From the IMG/VR virus record IMGVR_UViG_3300030419_000485, positions 1-54,115 of that record: 54,115 nucleotides of DNA, one strand, 5' to 3'. Below, piece by piece: positions 30,593 through 39,499 of the stretch (its first letter is position 1; every line of letters starts with the position of its first letter). A program made the translations under genes and the position numbers. The notes beneath the pieces were generated by a model that did not search any database, was not told the DNA's origin, and saw nothing but the letters and a program-made list of their open reading frames with translations. This DNA is from a virus. Taxonomy: Duplodnaviria; Caudoviricetes.

Positions 30593-32179
30593 CTATACTC
30601 CTTGCATCTGCTGCATTACTCGCTGAATTCCAGCCCCGTCGTTCTGCTCTAAATCCTGCTGAGCAGCTTGGGCCATAACTTGTGTTGCCATTTGATTGGC
30701 AGCTATTTCCTGTTGTTGGGTACTCTGTATTTCTCCTCGGGCCTGTGCCAGCTTAAGCTGTTCTTCCCGAACCTGCTCTTCATTCTTGACCCATAAATCA
30801 GAATTAAATCCAAGAGCAGTAATTAAAGCCTTGCCGTACTCATCCCATCGGAACATAGCAGCAGCAGGCTCTGGAAGATTTCGAACCATTTCACCCATTT
30901 GCATAAGCTTATGAAGATCAGAGTCTCGACTGAGAGCTTGAAGACCCGTAACGATCTCGACATTCAGGAGTCCCTCTTCTTCGCTAAACATTTCAGATAA
31001 CCTCTGATCTACTTCACCTTCAGAGATCATAAGGAATACAGTTCTTGAAACAATTGGCTGCATTAGATCACGAGCAATAGCAGAGAAAGCCCCACCTAAT
31101 ACATGCTCAAGTTCTTGACCAATCATTCTCACAGCAGTAGCCGTAACTCTTTCGCCTTGAGGAATACTAGCACTGTCAAGCAAGAAAGCACGACCAAGTT
31201 CTTGGCGAAGAATATTAACACCAGATTGGGTAGAAGAGATTTGAGGATTCATAGTTGTAGCGGGAGATACAACATGGACCTCATTAGGTCTAGCACCAAT
31301 CCAACCACCAGTTGGAGTACCATTAATATCATCCACTTCCGCCATACCAGTAGGATCAACAGCCATCCAGAATACAGATGACGCTGTTATCCCATTAATT
31401 AACCCCTCAGTAAATCCTTCAAGAGTTTTAATATCACCAATTAAATCCTCACAATGACTACGACCATAATTTTCACCGGGAATACCAGCCCATCTAAGCA
31501 TCACAAAGTTAGGCACAGAATAAATACCGGAATTAACAACATTACCATCCTTATCTTCAGTCTTAGATTCCCACCCTTCCTCAATCCTACATAGTTTGGT
31601 GTATACAGGACGGTAACCATTACGGCTATCCATGTCTAAAGAGGATGTGTATAGATCAGCGTTGTCCATATCACCATCCAAGCTTTCATATTCCTTATAG
31701 ATAACCTCTTCTACCTCTCCATAAACATCCCGCCTTACAACAAAGCGATCAATACGGATAATTCTAAAGTTCATACTATCTTCCATAATAAGCATCACAT
31801 CACCAACAACAATAAGGTGTTGTAATAATTGATAAATAGTTTCCCTTAGATTTCCACTGCTTAATTTGTTATAAACTTGGTAGCTAAGATTATTTAAGTA
31901 CGCATCAACCTGAGGTTCAGCTTGCATGCCAGTTGACAACTCAAACCTAAAGAAAGGTGAATCATTTAGCGGAAGCAAGGCACTAAGCATTCTGCTGGCC
32001 ATGGCAGTAACACCTCTGGCAGCAGTAGAGCTATAGGGCTGAGGAAGCTGGTCTTGCTCTGTCCACCCGTCAGGTGGGAGAAGAGAAGGTACTGTCAAAC
32101 TTGAGCAATACCTTGCTCTTTCCAGTTTACTAGTTCTAAGAGAATCTAGTGCTTGGAATCTTTCCGCTAAAGTTGTCAT
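30593..32179 (-). CDS. Portal / head-to-tail connector (gp8-like)
   Basis: PYSSTAARGVTAMASRMLSALLP, GENYGRSHCED and ERVTATAVR motifs. Confidence 0.95.
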   Translation of the reverse strand: MTTLAERFQALDSLRTSKLERARYCSSLTVPSLLPPDGWTEQDQLPQPYSSTAARGVTAMASRMLSALLPLNDSPFFRFELSTGMQAEPQVDAYLNNLSYQVYNKLSSGNLRETIYQLLQHLIVVGDVMLIMEDSMNFRIIRIDRFVVRRDVYGEVEEVIYKEYESLDGDMDNADLYTSSLDMDSRNGYRPVYTKLCRIEEGWESKTEDKDGNVVNSGIYSVPNFVMLRWAGIPGENYGRSHCEDLIGDIKTLEGFTEGLINGITASSVFWMAVDPTGMAEVDDINGTPTGGWIGARPNEVHVVSPATTMNPQISSTQSGVNILRQELGRAFLLDSASIPQGERVTATAVRMIGQELEHVLGGAFSAIARDLMQPIVSRTVFLMISEGEVDQRLSEMFSEEEGLLNVEIVTGLQALSRDSDLHKLMQMGEMVRNLPEPAAAMFRWDEYGKALITALGFNSDLWVKNEEQVREEQLKLAQARGEIQSTQQQEIAANQMATQVMAQAAQQDLEQNDGAGIQRVMQQMQGV

Positions 32180-32185
32180 GGTTTA

Positions 32186-32563
32186 TCACTCCGGTCTTGG
32201 TGTCTCTATGTTTGTGGCTTGCTCTTGACCAGCACCTAAGGCTCCCCACATCTGACTACGCCTGCGTTCTCTGTCTTGAGCAGCAACATCAGCTTCAGAT
32301 GGGGCATACTCGGCAGCCTCTCTTTCAAGCTTTTCGATATCCTTAACACGCTCAGCCTCTTGAACCTTACTGATCTTTTCCATTTCTCTTTGTTGTGCTT
32401 GTCTTTGTCTCTCCATTTCCATCTGGAATTCACGAGCTCTTGCGTCTCGTTCTTGGGCAAGCATGTCTTCTTTCTCTAATAATCCAGCCCTATCTTCAGC
32501 AGATAAACCGGCAGGAATATCAGGACCGCCTCCAAAGAAAAGAGGATGTGTTCTATAGCTCAT
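32186..32563 (-). CDS. Small virion protein (gp7.3-like position), charged coiled coil
   Basis: FFGGGPDIP N-terminus; immediately upstream of the portal. Confidence 0.55.
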   Translation of the reverse strand: MSYRTHPLFFGGGPDIPAGLSAEDRAGLLEKEDMLAQERDARAREFQMEMERQRQAQQREMEKISKVQEAERVKDIEKLEREAAEYAPSEADVAAQDRERRRSQMWGALGAGQEQATNIETPRPE

Positions 32564-33273
32564 TATCTAGGTCTCCTTGGTGGGGTATCTCTGGTAGTTT
32601 CACCAACTCCACGCTCTGACGTACTCATTGCTGGAATTGTTGGCATATCTCGTGCCTGTCTAGCAATTGTTTTCATTGCTTCCTTATCATAACCAATCTC
32701 CTGCTGACTCTTTTCTCGTGCAGCCTTATTAATTTCAGCCTCTCTTTCGGCCATAGCTTTTCGGTGTTCAATATCACCCTGTAATTTTCGTCTACGAAAG
32801 TTTGCTCTTGATTGTCTCATCCACTTGTCATGTGAACCTTTTAATATGGCCAGTTTTTTCTCAGCTCTCATCCTGTCAACAGCACTTGCTGATCTCTTCA
32901 TTTCTTCTAGTCTTGCAAACTCCGCCTGCTGCGCAGCAAGTTGTGCCATATACTCTGCTTCTAGATCCTCATTGTAATCAGGATCTAGTTCATCGATACC
33001 AGTTACATCGGCTGTGAAAGCCATGGTTTCATGGTATGCGGTACCAACAACATCACCAGTAAAGTCAATTGTTTCCTGAACAGCATCCCCAGTAAAGTCA
33101 ATTGCTTCCTGAACAGCATCCCCAGTAAAGTCAGCTACTTCCTGAACAGCATCCCCAGTAAAGTCAGCTACTTCCTCAAACGCGTCCGCAACTTCTTCAA
33201 AGACAGAAGATGCAGTATCAGTCACTGCATCCCAAGCATCTTCTACCCAGCTTATTGGATTAAACCCACCCAT
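32563..33273 (-). CDS. Virion protein (gp6.7-like position) with 11-aa tandem repeats
   Basis: Start MGGFNP with AGGAGG RBS; (DFTGDAVQEVA)-type repeats. Confidence 0.6.
   Translation of the reverse strand: MGGFNPISWVEDAWDAVTDTASSVFEEVADAFEEVADFTGDAVQEVADFTGDAVQEAIDFTGDAVQETIDFTGDVVGTAYHETMAFTADVTGIDELDPDYNEDLEAEYMAQLAAQQAEFARLEEMKRSASAVDRMRAEKKLAILKGSHDKWMRQSRANFRRRKLQGDIEHRKAMAEREAEINKAAREKSQQEIGYDKEAMKTIARQARDMPTIPAMSTSERGVGETTRDTPPRRPR
33051..33176 (-). repeat. 33-bp tandem repeat, about 3.8 copies
   Basis: Units start at 33051, 33084, 33117 and 33150 (catc(a/c)ccagtaaagtca...cctgaacag). Confidence 0.9.
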
Positions 33274-33274
33274 G

Positions 33275-33466
33275 TCAGCCTCCTTTCCTTTGCATTTCAA
33301 TCACTTTTTCTATAGCTGTAATAGCCTCTTCATGACCGTAATGAATCGCAAGGAGGCGAACCATATCATCAGTTGTCGCTTTTGGATCGTACTTTGGATT
33401 TGGAAACTTTTCCCTTAGGTACTGAACCAGTTCCTTGTCCACTCTTGGTAGTTGTTTCCAATCCAT
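33275..33466 (-). CDS. gp6.5-like hypothetical protein
   Basis: LPRVDKELVQYLREKFP motif; typical position before the virion genes. Confidence 0.55.
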   Translation of the reverse strand: MDWKQLPRVDKELVQYLREKFPNPKYDPKATTDDMVRLLAIHYGHEEAITAIEKVIEMQRKGG

Positions 33467-33590
33467 CAAGTTTCTCCTGCATAACATCAAACTTAACCAA
33501 TAATTCTCTTAAACACAAGACAACCTCAGCAGGCAGAACATTCCCGCCCATCTGAACCTTGCGTTTAATCGTCTCAAAATTATGTTGCAT
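33369..33590 (-). CDS. Hypothetical protein (73 aa)
   Basis: Start MQHNFE with GGAG RBS inside the end of the RNR gene. Confidence 0.5.
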   Translation of the reverse strand: MQHNFETIKRKVQMGGNVLPAEVVLCLRELLVKFDVMQEKLDGLETTTKSGQGTGSVPKGKVSKSKVRSKSDN

Positions 33591-35493
33591 ACGTATTCTC
33601 CGTAATGTCGACAACTTCACAAGCTCCACCGTGGCAGGCAAGCTCTTGTGAACTCGTTGTCATATCGTCTGTCTCATAACGAGTAAGCCCTAACCAATTG
33701 ATCTCTTCGGGCATTTGTTCCATAAGTTTATCATATTCCGTCTTACTAATAGATTCAAACGGAGCTTGATCGTAGACATTGTTATCGTAAGGAAGGAAGG
33801 ATATCCCACTTACATAATCCCAATTAGACCACACCCACTGACCAACGTCAAGGAAGTTATCGTCTGTATAGGATACAGTAATACTTGGCTTATGATCACA
33901 CCAAGTCTTTTGATACTCAAGCCAAAGATTTAAATGGCTGATTGGATCTATTTCTTTCTGTACCACAGCTCCTGCCGGAGATGCGATGGGAAAGCTAAAG
34001 ATCATAGTTTTATCCGGGCTTGCCACACAAGGCTCGTGAGGAATATTGTTATCAATCATAAACTGACAGATAGGATCCTTCACATCAATACGAGCACGAC
34101 GAATGTAGTGCATGGCATAACGAGGATGCATACCAGAAGACGTGCCAGCCACACAAGAGGTAGTTCCACTCGGCTTACAGCATGTAATTGCCTTGCTTGG
34201 ATTAATACCAAGACGATCTGACCAAATCAGGTTAGTTTCCTGAGCAACTTCACGAAGCTTTTGCAAGGTCCAGCGAAGCTTCGGCATACCTTCCTGACCC
34301 GACATTAGTCGATTGTCGTAGATACCTGTAAAGGATACGCCAAGAAGCCTTTCTTCCTCGCAGTTATTTTTCCAATCATCATCAAGATATTTAAATCTAG
34401 TACACGCAGACTGGATTGTACCAAGGATGGTAGCATAAGAAACCTTAGCCTTAAGAGAATCCAAGTCATCATGGGCTCTAACAACAACCTCAGTTAGGTT
34501 ACAGAACTGTTTGGGCCGTAGAATAATCTCAGAGCAGGGGTTTGTTCCAAACTCAATTCCCTCTACTTCTCTCCCTGATCTCTCTGCCAGCATACTGAGA
34601 CACTCACGATTGCAGATACCACGCTCACCAGAGCGAGAGTTGTACATCGCTGACCACTCATCAAGGAACTGTGACAGTTCTGGCTTTGAGTCATACACAG
34701 CTGAGTTGTTGCTTAGTCTACGGTGTCCCGAGGATTCCCACCACGGGCCAGACTTAGCGGTAGCCATGCTTCGGTCGTGTAGGTCACTGAGTGAGATGAG
34801 GGCTGAGCGGCGTACCGCACCAGCTATCACAATCTCACCAGTCATACATACAATATCATGTACCTCAATCGAAGAAAGCTTTCGGCCTTTAGCCTTATCA
34901 AATACATTAACAACATATCTAAACAGCTTTTCTAGAGGCTCTGGACCACTGGCTCTGCCACCAAATGTCTTCAGTCTAGCACCGGCGGGCCGGATTAGAC
35001 TTGTATCCCAAGTAGGATGAATCCCACTATATAGGTGACCAAGCAAGATCCTAAAGGAATCTGCCCAACCTTCTCTGGAATCTGGAACGGTAATAACCTC
35101 ATCGTGATCCCGTTTAATGTCCTCGGGAATAGTCGGAAGGCCGTCAACCACATGAGATTCACATGAGAAGCCGACTCCGGTTCCGCAGCACAGCACGTAC
35201 ATCACGTCTGAGAATGACCGAATCGACGTGATAGGTATATATGAACAATTGTACATACACACATCATCAACATCAGCAGCAGGGCCAGCAGTCATCAAAG
35301 CACGCATAGAGGGAAAGACTTCGCGGTCAAAGGTAGCTTCACGCAAATCCGCAAGCTCTCCTCGGAGGCTGAAGCGGGATTCCATGTAATCATAGTACCG
35401 ATCCACACACTCCTCCCAAGTTTCTCGTCTATTTTTTTCTTCATTCCATCGACAATACTTACTTTTTACAATGAATTCTTGAAAATTGTCCAC
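33580..35493 (-). CDS. nrdJ: Class II (B12-dependent) ribonucleotide reductase, RTPR type
   Basis: FPSMRALMTAG, YNCSY, GTGVGFS, GTNPCSEIIL, CNLTEV, KPSGTTS and C-terminal ACHGGACEV motifs. Confidence 0.95.
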   Translation of the reverse strand: MDNFQEFIVKSKYCRWNEEKNRRETWEECVDRYYDYMESRFSLRGELADLREATFDREVFPSMRALMTAGPAADVDDVCMYNCSYIPITSIRSFSDVMYVLCCGTGVGFSCESHVVDGLPTIPEDIKRDHDEVITVPDSREGWADSFRILLGHLYSGIHPTWDTSLIRPAGARLKTFGGRASGPEPLEKLFRYVVNVFDKAKGRKLSSIEVHDIVCMTGEIVIAGAVRRSALISLSDLHDRSMATAKSGPWWESSGHRRLSNNSAVYDSKPELSQFLDEWSAMYNSRSGERGICNRECLSMLAERSGREVEGIEFGTNPCSEIILRPKQFCNLTEVVVRAHDDLDSLKAKVSYATILGTIQSACTRFKYLDDDWKNNCEEERLLGVSFTGIYDNRLMSGQEGMPKLRWTLQKLREVAQETNLIWSDRLGINPSKAITCCKPSGTTSCVAGTSSGMHPRYAMHYIRRARIDVKDPICQFMIDNNIPHEPCVASPDKTMIFSFPIASPAGAVVQKEIDPISHLNLWLEYQKTWCDHKPSITVSYTDDNFLDVGQWVWSNWDYVSGISFLPYDNNVYDQAPFESISKTEYDKLMEQMPEEINWLGLTRYETDDMTTSSQELACHGGACEVVDITENTYAT

Positions 35494-35514
35494 GAAAGTT
35501 TCTCCTATTAGTCT

Positions 35515-36267
35515 TTATACTCCACCTATAGGTTCCCATAGGCGGATTTCACCAGTCTCTGTATCATAACTACCTTTAGATAATATCCTTACGCACCTAG
35601 CCATCGCTAGGGCTAGCTCGTGATCATCTAAATCACATGTATCACGAGGTCGGTACTTATCCATACAGTATAACTCAAATATGTGGCTATGTCTATCCCC
35701 ATCCCCCCACTTTTTGAGAAAAGATTTGGCTCTCTTTGGGCCAATCCTCCACAAGCCGGGGATGCAGTCGGTATTATCACCTGACATCCACTGGATACAG
35801 AAGAATTCTTCAGCCTCTTCTTTGTCCACATATACGGGGTAGTCTTCTTTAAAAGGATTATAATGCCACCCTTCCACACCCCTCAGATCCTTATCGATAG
35901 TGACAGCGATCTGGTCTTGAGCGTTCATTCCCATAATATCATCAGCCTCAAGTCTGGGATAGGATACACAGTCATACACCTCTTGGATATAATCTCGAAC
36001 CTCCATCAAAAACTCAGGCTCAGGTTTAGTTTCTCTGTTCTTCTTATAGTTTGGCCAGATATCCCTTCGGAAATTCTCTTTTCGGCTACAAGACAAGGCC
36101 ATCACAAACTCATCGGCATCAGCAGGGATCCACATCTCTAACATCTCCTCAATAATATAAGGAATAAATGCAGGATCCCCTGTCTCAGCCTGCAAGGCAC
36201 TGCGGTATGCAATGATGTCCGCATCTAGAACAGCTTTAGTCGGAACAGAAATAATCTCGGTCATCAT
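35515..36267 (-). CDS. 5'-3' exonuclease (T7 gp6-like)
   Basis: LDADIIAY, NFRRDIWPNYKKNR, LEADDIMG, IDKDL and GDNTDCIPG motifs. Confidence 0.92.
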   Translation of the reverse strand: MMTEIISVPTKAVLDADIIAYRSALQAETGDPAFIPYIIEEMLEMWIPADADEFVMALSCSRKENFRRDIWPNYKKNRETKPEPEFLMEVRDYIQEVYDCVSYPRLEADDIMGMNAQDQIAVTIDKDLRGVEGWHYNPFKEDYPVYVDKEEAEEFFCIQWMSGDNTDCIPGLWRIGPKRAKSFLKKWGDGDRHSHIFELYCMDKYRPRDTCDLDDHELALAMARCVRILSKGSYDTETGEIRLWEPIGGV

Positions 36268-36958
36268 CTTCCTCATCTTCCTCTAGCTTACCAAACTCAT
36301 CCAAGAATAAATCAACCAACTCGCTGATTACTAGACCCATCTCTTCATTGTTGTAGTTTGGAGAAGCTTGTACTCCTGTCCAGATAGGAGCCATAGAAGA
36401 AACCTTTTCGCTAAGGTCCTCCTCATCTCCATCATTATTAATAACATAATCAAACAAAGACAGCAGCTTATCATCACCATTCTCAATAGAAGAGGCCATA
36501 TGTTCTGAGTGGTGCTGTCTCCAATCTCCATCCATATCTTCAATCTTCCTATTGCCGGGGCTTACAAAGATTGTACACGCCCTATACTTCTTGGCGATGG
36601 AGATTTCATTATCATACCGACAATCATCAGCGATGACGACCCTTTGCCAATAAGCTTTGCCATTTTTTAGATCCTTAAGTTCTTCTTCATAGATTTCAAT
36701 AAGGCGATCTTCAAAGGCACGGACCCAATAGTCCGGATCCTCTTCTCTCTTTAAGGCACCGTGAACCTGACAAAACTCCCTGTATTCACTAGGAGTTTCT
36801 TCTTTTGTGTAACCACGACTCTTAGCCTCGTCCTTAAGAGGCCCAGCAAAGGGGAGAATGATAGGTTTAAACCCTAATTCAAATGCTTCTTTAGCTAAGA
36901 GTTTGGCAAGAACTGTTTTCCCGACTCTTGCTACGCCAGAAATGATTATCAACTCCAT
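36236..36958 (-). CDS. Deoxynucleoside monophosphate kinase-like P-loop protein
   Basis: ISGVARVGKT, FAGPLK, IADDCRYDNE, HHSE and INNDG motifs. Confidence 0.8.
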   Translation of the reverse strand: MELIIISGVARVGKTVLAKLLAKEAFELGFKPIILPFAGPLKDEAKSRGYTKEETPSEYREFCQVHGALKREEDPDYWVRAFEDRLIEIYEEELKDLKNGKAYWQRVVIADDCRYDNEISIAKKYRACTIFVSPGNRKIEDMDGDWRQHHSEHMASSIENGDDKLLSLFDYVINNDGDEEDLSEKVSSMAPIWTGVQASPNYNNEEMGLVISELVDLFLDEFGKLEEDEEDDDRDYFCSD

Positions 36959-37448
36959 TTACTAGCTCCTTGTATAGTGTGTGCGGTGCAACATGTAAAT
37001 TAATTTTGTATCCGCACATCCTTAAAATATAACTAATCGCCAATGAACAGGTCATAGGCACATAGGTCTTTGAAAAGCATCTACCAACAAGCCACCAATA
37101 TATGTTTTCCCAAAAGGTAGATATCCTAAACTCTGGTCTGTCAATAAACCAAGACATCTGTGCTATACTTACGGGAGCAGTGCCTAAATCAACAGATAAA
37201 AGCTTTGGCTCATAGCCAGCTCTACTTAGTAACCACTGAAATCTTTTATAGTCTACCAGATACATTCCTCTACATCTATTTATAACTATCACATATTTCC
37301 TATTTTCCTGCTCAAAAGTTAAATAACAATGTGCTATTGTCTGACAGGACATAGCTTGGTAGATCCTTGTTCTGTGGTCTGAACGTAGTACAGCCTTTAC
37401 AACAAATAAGGCTTCTACTTTTGTTGGTTTAAACGCGGGAAGCAACAT
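36891..37448 (-). CDS. Hypothetical protein, possible permuted papain-like (NlpC/P60, YiiX-type) enzyme
   Basis: Early IAHC, late MTCSLAISYIL and VAPHTLY, giving His-before-Cys order. Confidence 0.45.
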   Translation of the reverse strand: MLLPAFKPTKVEALFVVKAVLRSDHRTRIYQAMSCQTIAHCYLTFEQENRKYVIVINRCRGMYLVDYKRFQWLLSRAGYEPKLLSVDLGTAPVSIAQMSWFIDRPEFRISTFWENIYWWLVGRCFSKTYVPMTCSLAISYILRMCGYKINLHVAPHTLYKELVNGVDNHFWRSKSRENSSCQTLS

Positions 37449-37792
37449 TATTGATATAAGATTGTCATACCTAACATGGTAGCTAGGCGATGCTCTATCT
37501 TAGCTCCTTCTGATTTTTCCCAACCAGTTAACATAAATACAACATTACATTTAAACAACGCATCTATGTCTCTCTTCATAGCCTTACGCAAACCTTTTTT
37601 GGAAATAAGTTCAGCGTCTGACATACCCGACTCCTTATCAAGCCGGGCTGGGTTGATTGGGTCATATATTCCAATCCTCTTAAGAAACTTTTCTGCCCTG
37701 TTAAATTCTTTTCGATTAAAATCCTTAATCCCTCGCATGGGACCAGCAATATATACTTTTAATAAATCTGTTTCAGGTATAAGCGTTGTCAT
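37448..37792 (-). CDS. DUF4406 family (nucleoside deoxyribosyltransferase-like fold)
   Basis: VYIAGPMRG..FN, INPA and WEKSEGAKIE motifs. Confidence 0.8.
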   Translation of the reverse strand: MTTLIPETDLLKVYIAGPMRGIKDFNRKEFNRAEKFLKRIGIYDPINPARLDKESGMSDAELISKKGLRKAMKRDIDALFKCNVVFMLTGWEKSEGAKIEHRLATMLGMTILYQ

Positions 37793-37801
37793 GGTTCTCT
37801 C

Positions 37802-39499
37802 CTAATGGCAATCCGCCCAATTATTTCCTATACGATATTCACCATCCATATCTACTACACACCCCAATCTTTTACCAGCACTTTGGATTGCTTGGACTCC
37901 AAGCTTGCCAACATCTTCAGCAATAGAAGGATCACACTCAAGCTGCCACTCATCGTGGACTGTTGCCATAAAGTTGTACTTACCCTTATGTTTCTGAAGT
38001 AGGTGCTCAAAGATTGTTTGTGCAACTTTCATAATCATTGCTCCGTCACCTTGAATCTGTACATTCAAGGCTTTATGAGCAGACCGACAAGGCACCTCTC
38101 TCCCATCTAACAGAGTGAGAGTTCCCTTCTTTGCTACTTGAAACTTACAGTTATCAAGAAGCTTTTTTAAAGCGGGCATCTCTTCTAGGTATCGTTCTTT
38201 GATACGCTTACCTTCACGAGATCCCTTACCAATAATCTTGCCTATCTTATCATTACCAGCACCATAAATCAAGGCGTAAAAGAAAGTTTTACTGGAGTCT
38301 CTTGTAGGAAGACCAGCTTTATGTTGATTTACAGTATGGATATCATCATGTAAAACAACACGACCAAACTCTCCTTTGTCCCATGGTGCCATACGATTGG
38401 CAAGAAGCCTAGCCTCAAGACCAGAGGCATCAATGCCCACCTGCTTCCATCCTTTGCGAGGAACAAACAACGAGCGAGCACGCTTGTCACCTGACACCTG
38501 CTGCAAGTTAGGCTGCGAAGCGGTCATTCTACCAGTCACAGTGCCTTGGGTGTTGACGTTGCCATGGATACGCCCATCACGACTTGTTGTCGCACGGTGA
38601 ATCCAATCCTCCACCATACCAAGTAGTTTAATAATATCAAAATACCTGACAAGCTCCTTGGCCTCATCCCAAGGTAGCTTCTTGAGTTCGGCAGAGTCAA
38701 CCTTCGGGTTTCCCTTCTCGGTTTTAGATGGCTCCCACCCATACTTCTCACCCAGTCTCATAGCAATTTGCTGACGAGATGCAGGGTTGAAGTGAGTAAC
38801 CTTATCCTTAAGACGTTTACCTGTCTTGTCGGACCAGCGTTCCTCAACAATAGGCGGGAAGATCTGACAAAGATTGTCTTCGATCTCCACCTTCTCCATA
38901 AGAAGATCCCTCTCTAGTAGATCGGCAGCTTCTATATCAAACCCAAATCCTGTGCTTATCTGACGAGCAATGATCTTTGCAAGAACATGCTCAAGCTTAA
39001 TAGACTTGGGATACTTATTTACGAATTCCTTTTGTGTGTTGTAGATCTTGGTTGTTACTTCCACATCACGAACACAATAGGTCATCATCTCTTCTGTGTA
39101 TTCAGAGAAGTCTTTAAAGTCAATCTTCTCCATACCCAGATGCCTACCCCAACACTCAAGGGAGTTGCCTCCTAGTGGATGATCAAGCTTATCCGGATAC
39201 ATCATCCTAGACACAATCAAGGTGTCGTAGGATGGCGTATCAATCGGACCAAAGAATCTCTCTAGCATTGGTATGTCATACATTATAATGTTATGACCAA
39301 TGATTAGTCTAGCGTTACGGAGCATGTTAACTCCGTCTTCAATATGATCAGGACTAAACCTATAAATCTTATGAGGGTTGTCAACATCCTGAATTACCAT
39401 GCAGAATATTTCCTTGCCCTCAGGGATAGGATTGCCCTTCTTGTTAATAACAACTTCATTTAAGCCATCAGCTTCAATGTCAAATGCTAGTCTCTGCAT
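37802..39499 (-). CDS. Family A DNA polymerase (T7 gp5-like)
   Basis: Exonuclease motifs FDIEADG and GHNIIMYD; polymerase motifs A (GIDASGLE), B (RDSSKTFFYALIYG) and C (VHDE). Confidence 0.96.
   Translation of the reverse strand: MQRLAFDIEADGLNEVVINKKGNPIPEGKEIFCMVIQDVDNPHKIYRFSPDHIEDGVNMLRNARLIIGHNIIMYDIPMLERFFGPIDTPSYDTLIVSRMMYPDKLDHPLGGNSLECWGRHLGMEKIDFKDFSEYTEEMMTYCVRDVEVTTKIYNTQKEFVNKYPKSIKLEHVLAKIIARQISTGFGFDIEAADLLERDLLMEKVEIEDNLCQIFPPIVEERWSDKTGKRLKDKVTHFNPASRQQIAMRLGEKYGWEPSKTEKGNPKVDSAELKKLPWDEAKELVRYFDIIKLLGMVEDWIHRATTSRDGRIHGNVNTQGTVTGRMTASQPNLQQVSGDKRARSLFVPRKGWKQVGIDASGLEARLLANRMAPWDKGEFGRVVLHDDIHTVNQHKAGLPTRDSSKTFFYALIYGAGNDKIGKIIGKGSREGKRIKERYLEEMPALKKLLDNCKFQVAKKGTLTLLDGREVPCRSAHKALNVQIQGDGAMIMKVAQTIFEHLLQKHKGKYNFMATVHDEWQLECDPSIAEDVGKLGVQAIQSAGKRLGCVVDMDGEYRIGNNWADCH

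Noticed and set aside
33051-33176. Possible mini-CRISPR array
   Set aside because: The repeats are contiguous with no spacers, in frame and protein-coding.
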